In this document: positions 35,921-42,711 of the stretch, one piece after another
Layout of the letters: each line of letters opens with the position of its first letter
How positions within the stretch are numbered: the stretch's first letter is position 1
IMG/VR virus record: IMGVR_UViG_3300037419_001009
Span: 1-46,108 of that record
Length of the DNA stretch: 46,108 nucleotides
Strand: one strand, 5' to 3'
Origin: a virus
Lineage: Duplodnaviria > Caudoviricetes
The notes under the pieces: model-generated
What the model saw: the letters and a program-made list of their open reading frames with translations, nothing else
Databases searched by the model: none
What the model was told of the DNA's origin: nothing
Program-made: the position numbers and the translations under genes

Positions 35921-36505
35921 ATGCAAATCGCTGAAATTATCGACCCGTCGATGACGCGACGGGACGCTAGAGCCGCGCTCAAACGGGCTGGCTGGACATT
36001 TGTCGGCGGCGGCTCCTTCGCCACCGTCTACGCTTCGCCGGATGAAACGGTCGTCGCCAAGGTGACGAAGCCTGATGCTGGCGCGGCCGCCCTCTACAAG
36101 ATTGCCCAGAAGCATCCCGATAATCCCCACTTTCCGCGGTATCAGGGCCGCATCAAGCTTGGGTCTCGCGGTTATGTCTACGAAGTCGAACGGCTAACGC
36201 CGTGGTACGACTATGATGACTACGATGAGGCTGAGGCGGCCGCCGACGATCTGCCTTCCTTTGAGGAGGCTCACGAACTGATCCGTGCGGCGATCCGGTG
36301 CAGCCGAACTACGTCCAGACGTAAGCCCCTGGATGAGGACTTCGGCTTTTCCAACGCGATGCGCCGGGGGTCCACCTTCGTTTTCACTGACCCGCTCTTT
36401 GCGGAGGAGGATTTGTCACGGTCCTATCGTGGTCGTGGCGCCTCTAACCCCGATAATTCCGGCTACGGAGAGGACCCCGACGATCCGCTCCTGCTCGCCG
36501 CTTAA
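35921..36505 (+). CDS. Protein kinase (T7 gp0.7 kinase-domain-like)
   Basis: 'VGGGSFATVY', 'VAKV', 'NPHFPR', 'D....NAM.....FTDP'. Confidence 0.78.
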   Translation: MQIAEIIDPSMTRRDARAALKRAGWTFVGGGSFATVYASPDETVVAKVTKPDAGAAALYKIAQKHPDNPHFPRYQGRIKLGSRGYVYEVERLTPWYDYDDYDEAEAAADDLPSFEEAHELIRAAIRCSRTTSRRKPLDEDFGFSNAMRRGSTFVFTDPLFAEEDLSRSYRGRGASNPDNSGYGEDPDDPLLLAA

Positions 36506-36528
36506 TGCCCTCCAAAAAGGAGAACCCC

Positions 36529-36714
36529 ATGTTCGACGAACCCCTCAGCGACCGTGTCGCACGCCTTGAGGAAGCCTATCGGGCCGCTCGGGAGCGCTAC
36601 GAAAGCGGCCAACCCAGAGCACGCGACGGCCTTCTCGCTCCGCGCGACGACGTCAACGTCCGCCGCCTCGCCCTCATCAAAGTCGAGCAAGCGCTCCTCA
36701 TCGTCAACTTCTGA
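36529..36714 (+). CDS. Early hypothetical protein
   Basis: AAGGAG RBS, ATG 36529. Confidence 0.6.
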   Translation: MFDEPLSDRVARLEEAYRAARERYESGQPRARDGLLAPRDDVNVRRLALIKVEQALLIVNF

Positions 36715-36731
36715 TCTCTCGGGAGGAGACC

Positions 36732-37199
36732 ATGCAGCAACGCTTGGTTTACCGGATGGAGGACGCGCAACATCGCGGCCCCTTCAACACCGACTTCCTA
36801 ACTCGCGATGTGGAGCGGGCTGAACGGATGTGGGATGATGTTCCGTGGATTGAAATAAGTCCGTTTGGCGGGGCCACATCTCTAGACAGCACGCATCCGC
36901 ATCACTTGGACGACGTGCTCCACGTCAGCGAGGATTTCGACGGTTACGCGTCTGATGTATACCACAAGTTCCCGATCCCTGGTTATTGGCTCGTTGGCTG
37001 TAAGGACCTTCGGCAATTCTACCACTGGTTCCCGAAGCCTTCGCTGCCAGATTTCGACCGCTGCGGGATGTTCCTGCATGTTTACTCATGCCCGGAAGAC
37101 GCCATCAAAGAGGGCCGTTGGCAACTGATGTTCGACCCTAAGCGGTCCACGCTCGTCGAGGAGCGGCGCTTAGGCACGCATCTGAGCCTAGCAGCTTAG
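36732..37199 (+). CDS. Early protein, possibly ADP-ribosyltransferase-like fold
   Basis: GGAGGAG RBS; N-terminal 'LVYR' and C-terminal 'G..Q.MF' (function is inference). Confidence 0.5.
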   Translation: MQQRLVYRMEDAQHRGPFNTDFLTRDVERAERMWDDVPWIEISPFGGATSLDSTHPHHLDDVLHVSEDFDGYASDVYHKFPIPGYWLVGCKDLRQFYHWFPKPSLPDFDRCGMFLHVYSCPEDAIKEGRWQLMFDPKRSTLVEERRLGTHLSLAA

Positions 37200-37212
37200 A
37201 AGGACCAACAAA

Positions 37213-37428
37213 ATGGAAACGTCGATCAGCTACGAGACCCTTCTCGACGCCGCACGGCGCCACTTCCTCCACGTCGGGGGCTCCGCACAGTTCACCCGTG
37301 CGGCACGCCACCACGCCCTCGGCCTTGCTCGCCAAGTCGAGGAGGAACTGGCCTCCGCCAACGCCGGCCATCCGCGTCGCCTTCTACTGGACGTTCCTCC
37401 GCAGGCGGAGGCCCTGCGGGCCGCATAA
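37213..37428 (+). CDS. Early hypothetical protein
   Basis: AAGGA RBS; ends LRAA. Confidence 0.6.
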   Translation: METSISYETLLDAARRHFLHVGGSAQFTRAARHHALGLARQVEEELASANAGHPRRLLLDVPPQAEALRAA

Positions 37429-37533
37429 ACCCCCATTGGCGCGGGCTGTCCTTTTCCCCGCTGCCAACCGCGCTTTGGCCGTTCCGCGCGGACCCCAAAA
37501 GGAACGGCCACCCTTTTCATCCAGGAGCCAGTC

Positions 37534-37773
37534 GTGCGCCAGCCTCTCGTCACCTTTGAGCTCGACCCGGAGGCAACTCCGGTCTCCGACTTCCGCGTCA
37601 CCAATCACGGGACGCTCTGGACCTTCACGCCGCTCACTCTAGCGGCCGCCGATTGGTGGGACGACCACGTCCACACCGAACAGTGGCAACGGTGGGGCGG
37701 CGGCTATGCGGTCGATCAGCACATGGTCGACCCGCTCATCTTCGCCATCACTCAGGAAGGGCTCCGCCTGTGA
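37534..37773 (+). CDS. Early hypothetical protein
   Basis: AGGAG RBS, GTG start. Confidence 0.6.
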   Translation: MRQPLVTFELDPEATPVSDFRVTNHGTLWTFTPLTLAAADWWDDHVHTEQWQRWGGGYAVDQHMVDPLIFAITQEGLRL

Positions 37774-37961
37774 AGACGCATCTAGCGCACCGCTACGAGC
37801 CCGGTTCTCTCGCCCTAATCAAGGGCAGCTTCGAGGAGGTCGAGGTGATCGCCGCAATGGGCGACTACGTCCTCGTCAAGCGGGGCGCGGGACAGTGGAC
37901 CTACACGGTCGACCAACTCGAGCCCTACGACCCCGAGTTCTGCCCCATCGAGATCATGTGA
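37770..37961 (+). CDS. Early small protein (SH3/KOW-like composition)
   Basis: GTGA overlap with upstream stop. Confidence 0.55.
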   Translation: MKTHLAHRYEPGSLALIKGSFEEVEVIAAMGDYVLVKRGAGQWTYTVDQLEPYDPEFCPIEIM

Positions 37962-37972
37962 GGAGGCCAGCG

Positions 37973-38191
37973 ATGCCTAAGTATCTCGTGCCGGTGACCC
38001 GCGAGGCCACTGAGACCACGATGGTCGACGTCAGCGCCCGCTCCCGCCGCGAGGCGGTCGATAAGGCCGTGGCCGAGGCGTCCGCCAAGCCGTGGGAGTT
38101 CGATTGGGTCGCCGACGATAACAGCGGGGATCAGTCGGACCCTTACTTCGCCGGCGATGACGACTTCGAGAGCGTCGAGAAGATCAACTAA
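37973..38191 (+). CDS. Early small protein with acidic tail
   Basis: AGGAGG RBS; 'Y.V.V.......V.V.A.S..EA...A' pattern common in phage proteins. Confidence 0.6.
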   Translation: MPKYLVPVTREATETTMVDVSARSRREAVDKAVAEASAKPWEFDWVADDNSGDQSDPYFAGDDDFESVEKIN

Positions 38192-38205
38192 AGGAGGCCC
38201 GAGCA

Positions 38206-38574
38206 ATGCCTTATGACCCGCCCGCACTCACGCGGGACGGAACGGACGGTCGCGTCTATGGCGGCGATCCGAACCTCATTCACGTGCCGGACGGTCGGCG
38301 GCGAGAGGCGGGGGAACTCGCGGCGCTCGCAATCGACCTCATCATCCGGAGGATCAGCGACCGCATCCCGTGGCCTCAGCGCGGCTTCAAGCTGCTTTGC
38401 CCCGGCTGCTACATGATCGTTCTCTTTAACGCTGCGGTCGCCCTGGCTCGTGCCAACGGCCAGCCGCTCTCCGAACTCGGCGCGACTATGTCGGCCGCGT
38501 TCGCTCGCCTGGCTCAGGATCAAAGTGCGGCTGGGCTCGAGGAGATCGAGGTCATCCTCGATCCGTGTGGTTGA
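38206..38574 (+). CDS. Early protein with CPGC motif
   Basis: AAGGAGG RBS; 'KLLCPGCYMIVL'; abuts TrxB-like gene. Confidence 0.65.
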   Translation: MPYDPPALTRDGTDGRVYGGDPNLIHVPDGRRREAGELAALAIDLIIRRISDRIPWPQRGFKLLCPGCYMIVLFNAAVALARANGQPLSELGATMSAAFARLAQDQSAAGLEEIEVILDPCG

Positions 38575-38575
38575 G

Positions 38576-39517
38576 ATGTATGACGTCGCCATCATCGGCG
38601 GTGGCCCGGCGGGTCTCGCCGCAGCCATCGGCGCCGCTGCCGAAGGACTCCGCACAGTCGTCCTCTGTGACCAACTCGGCGGCCAAGCGGGGACCTCCTC
38701 GCTCATCGAGAACTTCCTCGGCTTCCCCGAAGGTATCTCTGGCCCGGACCTTACGGATCGCGCGGAGGCGCAGGCACGGAAGTTCGGGGCCGACTTCAAG
38801 GATTGCGTCTGCCGCACGCTAGACGAAGCCGGCGGGCTGTTCCGTCTGACGACGACCCACGACGAGACCGTCGTCTCGCGAACAGTCGTGGTAGCGAGCG
38901 GCGCCAAGTATCGCCGCCTTGACCCTGCCACAGGCTTCGAGCCGTTCGAGGGCAAGGGCGTTCATTATGCGGCAACGCCGCAGGACGTCGCCGCGAATTG
39001 CCGATGCGACGAGGTCGTGGTCGTCGGCGGAGGGAACTCTGCCGGACAAGCCGCCATGTTCCTCGCAGGCAAGGCCAAGCGGGTCCATCTGGTCGTCCGC
39101 AAGCCGGACATCCGGCACACCATGAGCGGCTACCTGATCGAGCGCATCTACGAGCAGCCGAACATCGTCCTCCACTTCGGGACCGAAATCACCATGATCC
39201 AGGGGAAGGATTGGGTGAACGCCGTCCTGCTCAACAACGGCACGCAACTCGCCGTGACCGACGTTTACGTAATGATCGGCGCTCAGCCGAACGCCGCCTT
39301 TCTGGACGGCATCTGCGGGACGGACCCACATGGGTTCATCCAGACCGACGACTTCTTCCAGACGAAGAAGCCCGGTCTGTTTGCCGTGGGCGACGTCCGC
39401 GCGGGCTCGGTCAAGCGTGTGGCCAACGCCGTGGGCGAAGGCTCGACGGTCATCAAATGGCTGTGGCGCTACCTCTTCCCGCCTGCCCCGCTTGAGCCGG
39501 GGGAGGCAGTGGCATGA
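38576..39517 (+). CDS. Thioredoxin-reductase-like FAD/NAD(P)H oxidoreductase lacking canonical CxxC
   Basis: 'IIGGGPAGL', 'IENFLGFPEGISG', 'VVGGGNSAGQAA', 'GLFAVGDV'; HYAATPQD where TrxB has CATCD. Confidence 0.88.
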   Translation: MYDVAIIGGGPAGLAAAIGAAAEGLRTVVLCDQLGGQAGTSSLIENFLGFPEGISGPDLTDRAEAQARKFGADFKDCVCRTLDEAGGLFRLTTTHDETVVSRTVVVASGAKYRRLDPATGFEPFEGKGVHYAATPQDVAANCRCDEVVVVGGGNSAGQAAMFLAGKAKRVHLVVRKPDIRHTMSGYLIERIYEQPNIVLHFGTEITMIQGKDWVNAVLLNNGTQLAVTDVYVMIGAQPNAAFLDGICGTDPHGFIQTDDFFQTKKPGLFAVGDVRAGSVKRVANAVGEGSTVIKWLWRYLFPPAPLEPGEAVA

Positions 39518-39696
39518 ACGCGCCCCACCATCCGGCCTACGTCCAAGGCTACCACGACGCTCAGCGCGGCCACACAGCGTGCCCCTATGGGCTCCCCTCG
39601 CAGTGCGAGAAGTGGCGCGAGGGATACGACTTCGCGGAGGAGAACGGGGAGGCTGAGCTTCCCCGGTTCGGAAAACTCAAGAGGAGGCGCATATGA
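39514..39696 (+). CDS. Ribosome modulation factor (RMF)-like small protein
   Basis: 'AYVQGY..A..G...CPY.......WREGY' fits RMF 'A..RGY.AG..G....CPY.......WLGGW'. Confidence 0.6.
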   Translation: MNAPHHPAYVQGYHDAQRGHTACPYGLPSQCEKWREGYDFAEENGEAELPRFGKLKRRRI

Positions 39697-40028
39697 CGAC
39701 CCTCGACCACATGGAGCGAGTCCGCAAGATGGCCGCCGCGGCTGCCGGCCCGGCCGCTCCTCACTGTTCCCTGGACCGCTGCCGGTGCCCCACGTGCGCC
39801 ACAACGGAGCTTCTTTTGCGCACCGCGTTGATCCGACGTGGCGTGCGGCAGGAAGACACAAAGCGGGTCGCGCTGCGTGCGTTCGACTGCGGCAGCGCGG
39901 CTTATCCCTATCTCGCCAGCGTCCGGGTGGACGGCCGCGAGGTCTACCGGGTCGAACAACGCCCTGATGAGGTGTTTGCCCCGGAGGTGCTGGACGACAT
40001 CACCAAAGCATTGAGGAGGCCGATGTGA
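39693..40028 (+). CDS. Cys-rich hypothetical protein
   Basis: 'HCSLDRCRCPTC' possible metal site; GAGGAGG RBS. Confidence 0.6.
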   Translation: MTTLDHMERVRKMAAAAAGPAAPHCSLDRCRCPTCATTELLLRTALIRRGVRQEDTKRVALRAFDCGSAAYPYLASVRVDGREVYRVEQRPDEVFAPEVLDDITKALRRPM

Positions 40029-40219
40029 GGATCATCCGTATCTGCAAGCGCAAGCTCCGCACCGCCGCTGAGAAATGGGGGACGAAGACGCACCTTGCCT
40101 ACCTCGTGACGGCCACCGTCGTCGAAGGCCCGGTTCTGCTCAGGGTGACGACCGGCGGCTGCCTCATATTCTGCGTCATTGGCGAGGTCCTGAAGGACAC
40201 AGAGCAGGAGGTAAGCTAA
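40025..40219 (+). CDS. Hypothetical protein
   Basis: GAGGAGG RBS, GTGA overlap. Confidence 0.55.
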   Translation: MRIIRICKRKLRTAAEKWGTKTHLAYLVTATVVEGPVLLRVTTGGCLIFCVIGEVLKDTEQEVS

Positions 40220-40308
40220 TGCTGGTCACCATCTTTTGGGTCGGCTTGTTCTTCCTTCTAGGGCTGGCTGCATTGCTGCGGCGGCCGGACGGACACGGCC
40301 CTGGCTAA
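40219..40308 (+). CDS. 29-aa single-TM peptide
   Basis: AGGAGGT RBS; MLVTIFWVGLFFLLGLAALLRRPDGHGPG. Confidence 0.5.
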   Translation: MLVTIFWVGLFFLLGLAALLRRPDGHGPG

Positions 40309-40387
40309 GGGCCTATGTGCTGTTTAAGTCACAGAAATTACAAAGAGTTCACCTGACGTTAACCAGACTATGAACAGCATTGAGCTT

Positions 40388-40420
40388 GGCATGGAAACGT
40401 GCCAGCCTTGACAACGTGCC
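40388..40420 (-). promoter_or_regulatory. Two operator-like sites upstream of the wHTH gene, one overlapping TTGACA
   Basis: Reverse complements GGCACGTTTCCATGCC (40388-40403) and GGCACGTTGTCAAGGC (40405-40420); TTGACA at 40408-40413. Confidence 0.6.
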
Positions 40421-40506
40421 GGATCAAAACCAATTAGTAAGGGCGGGGTTAAATCAAATGGGCCAGGCGTTAACAAGTAACATTGACGAACAACGGGAGA
40501 ATAGTA

Positions 40507-40986
40507 ATGCCTACGCGACAAATCGCCGCGAACGGCGCCAGCAATCGAGGGGGTCCAATTTTGGCAGCGAACCAGAGGGGCGGCACATCGTCGCAGCTAT
40601 GGAAGCGCGTGCCCGAGTTGGCCGGCTCCTCGGCTTTCCTTCTTTACTTGGCGGACGTGGGTTCGGATCGTCTGAGCCTAACGCAGGCGGCTTTCTTTCT
40701 GTTGGCAGCGACGGCGGATGCGGCTGGGAAGCCGGCGACCCGCGCGGAGCTCATCCAAACCTACAATGAGACCTTCCGCGGTTCCATTCGGAACACCTAC
40801 CGGCAGCTACTCGAGCCCTCTCGGGCATACCCTAAGGCGCTCGGGTGGTTGGCGGCGGAAGAGAACCCTAACGACATCCGGGAGCAGTTCCTCCGCCTCA
40901 CCGACGAGGGGAAGTCTGTTATTCGCGGCGCTCTGATGGCGCTTGAGCCGATGCTTGAGAAAGCCAGCAAAAGCAAAGCGAACTAA
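40507..40986 (+). CDS. MarR-like winged-HTH regulator, candidate repressor
   Basis: 'LSLTQAAFFL...ATRAEL...LGWL..EENPND.R...LRLTDEG' MarR wing pattern; directly upstream of integrase. Confidence 0.75.
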   Translation: MPTRQIAANGASNRGGPILAANQRGGTSSQLWKRVPELAGSSAFLLYLADVGSDRLSLTQAAFFLLAATADAAGKPATRAELIQTYNETFRGSIRNTYRQLLEPSRAYPKALGWLAAEENPNDIREQFLRLTDEGKSVIRGALMALEPMLEKASKSKAN

Positions 40987-40998
40987 GGAGACCCACAC

Positions 40999-42231
40999 GT
41001 GCGCTACCGTCAGAAACCCAACGGGATGTGGCTCGTCGACTACGAGGACGAGACCGGCGCCCGGAAGCGGGTGTCGACCGGGATCAAGACGGCTCCCCAA
41101 AAGCAGCCACCGAATGAGGTGAAGTCTGCGGGTCGCGAGATCGTGCTCGGCATCCGCACACCGCAAGCTATGCCTGTTTCGTCGGCCGGAAAGGCCCATA
41201 AGCGAGACGGGCGCATGACCGTGTCAGAATTGCTCGACAAGTGTGAAGGAACGGTCTGGCACCCGGATAACGTGCGCTCTCAGCGGACGATCAAATCCAA
41301 CGTCGGCATCCTCCGGAGCATGGTCGGCGACGAGGCGGTAGAAGATATGACGTTCACTCGCCTCGAGACCCTAGTCCAAGCGATGAAGACCCGCGGCTAT
41401 CAGCCGGCGACGATCAAGCGAAAGCTGGCGATGCTGGCCAAGGCGTTGAAGATGGCGACCATGTGGACCGACGAGAAGGGTCAGCCCCTTCTCCGTTACA
41501 AGCCGCCTCTTCCGAAGATAGTCGTCAACAATCTGAAGGATCGGATCATCAGTCCGGTCGAGCAGGAGGCTCTCTTTGCGGCCGTCGAGAAGCGGCGGCA
41601 GCTTGAGCCGAACCGCCAGTGGTTTCGGTTCCGCGTGTTCCTCCAGGTCGTGTTCGCTACCGGCGGTCGCCTGAGCGAGGTTCTGCATATCGGGCCGAAG
41701 AACATTACGCGCATCGGCGAGACGAGCTATGTGACGTTCCCTCGCTACCGCACCAAGAGCGGGAAGCCGCGCACACTGCCCCTCACGGACGATGCGGTCG
41801 CCGCGGTGGGCTCGCTTATGGACCATCTGGTTCTCGACCGTGAGGCCCAAGAGTGGCGCTTCTTTGGCCTGACGCCCTCGACAATGGACGTCATGTTCAA
41901 GCAAGCCAGAGAGGACGTCGAGCGCGAGACGGGAATGGACCTTACGGGCGTGTCGATCCACACGATCCGCCACACTGTCCTCACGCGCCTCGCGCGCGGC
42001 GGAATGGGTCTCGCGCAGCTCCAGATGTGGGCCGGCCACTCCGACCCCAAGATTACGGCCGAGCGGTATCTTCACCTGATGCCAAACGACCTAGTTGCCG
42101 GGCTTTCCATCCTTGGCACACATGGCACTCCTGATGCCAACCAGGCACGGGATCGCATTAGTCCTGTTAACGTGCCTAGCACGACAGGTGATGCTAATAG
42201 TGCCAGCCGTGGCACGGCGAGCCTTCAATAA
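40999..42231 (+). CDS. int: Tyrosine integrase
   Basis: Catalytic R (TGGRLSE), K (TKSGK), HxxR (HTIRH), H (GHSD), Y (ERYLH); N-terminal arm-binding-like segment. Confidence 0.93.
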   Translation: MRYRQKPNGMWLVDYEDETGARKRVSTGIKTAPQKQPPNEVKSAGREIVLGIRTPQAMPVSSAGKAHKRDGRMTVSELLDKCEGTVWHPDNVRSQRTIKSNVGILRSMVGDEAVEDMTFTRLETLVQAMKTRGYQPATIKRKLAMLAKALKMATMWTDEKGQPLLRYKPPLPKIVVNNLKDRIISPVEQEALFAAVEKRRQLEPNRQWFRFRVFLQVVFATGGRLSEVLHIGPKNITRIGETSYVTFPRYRTKSGKPRTLPLTDDAVAAVGSLMDHLVLDREAQEWRFFGLTPSTMDVMFKQAREDVERETGMDLTGVSIHTIRHTVLTRLARGGMGLAQLQMWAGHSDPKITAERYLHLMPNDLVAGLSILGTHGTPDANQARDRISPVNVPSTTGDANSASRGTASLQ

Positions 42232-42395
42232 TCGGCTGAAAACTTTGTATCTGGTCGCCCTTTTTGTGCGGCATCATCGGGAGTTTTCAGCCAGTTTTTC
42301 AGGATTTTCCAAGGGGTGCCAGCGGCGCCCCCTAACTCGCGCGCCTATTGGCACACTTTGGCACGCTTAGGATGAAGGAGTTTGGCACAGTGCCC
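42113..42395. other. Candidate attP region
   Basis: 11-bp inverted repeat GGCTGAAAACT (42234-42244)/AGTTTTCAGCC (42282-42292) flanked on both sides by TGGCAC direct repeats; directly after int. Confidence 0.55.
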
Positions 42396-42644
42396 TACAT
42401 TAAACGAGAAGATCGAAGGAAGTTTAAGCACGGCCTTGGAGAGTTGACCTTCGCCGAGACGCCGGGAGAACTGAACTACCTGTTCACAAAGATCGCCACT
42501 GAATATCTCTCCATGAATGGGGAGAACTATCAGCACTTCAATGACGTTCTCGGAGCGCTCGAAGGGGCGAAGTTGGAGCTCTATCGGCGCCGGATCGCCC
42601 CCTATGAGGATACGAAGATCGTTGAGAACGGGGACGTCCAATAG
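42390..42644 (+). CDS. Conserved phage protein (DUF6899-like)
   Basis: AAGGAG RBS, GTG start; 'MPYI...R...GELNY..T...Y...G.LE.AKLE.YRR...PYED.KI..NGDV'. Confidence 0.7.
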   Translation: MPYIKREDRRKFKHGLGELTFAETPGELNYLFTKIATEYLSMNGENYQHFNDVLGALEGAKLELYRRRIAPYEDTKIVENGDVQ

Positions 42645-42684
42645 GCACGTTTATGTGCCATTGTTACGCAGTTCTAGGAGAGCC
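42644..42684 (+). promoter_or_regulatory. Operator plus degenerate phage-RNAP promoter upstream of RNAP gene
   Basis: GGCACGTTTATGTGCC then ACGCAG-TTCTA-GGAGAGCC in the same 22-nt register as 9318 and 45141. Confidence 0.6.
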
Positions 42685-42711
42685 GAAGGCTCGATCCCCT
42701 AAGGAGACCTA

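Noticed and set aside
40320-40480. CtrA boxes upstream of the wHTH gene
   Set aside because: Only isolated TTAA(C) half-sites; no TTAA-N7-TTAA.
42678-42700. tRNA T-arm fragment (GGCTCGATCCC) as attP core
   Set aside because: Lacks TTC and a proper stem; explained by the GAGCC-GAA-GGCTC hairpin. No tRNA genes were seen in the window.
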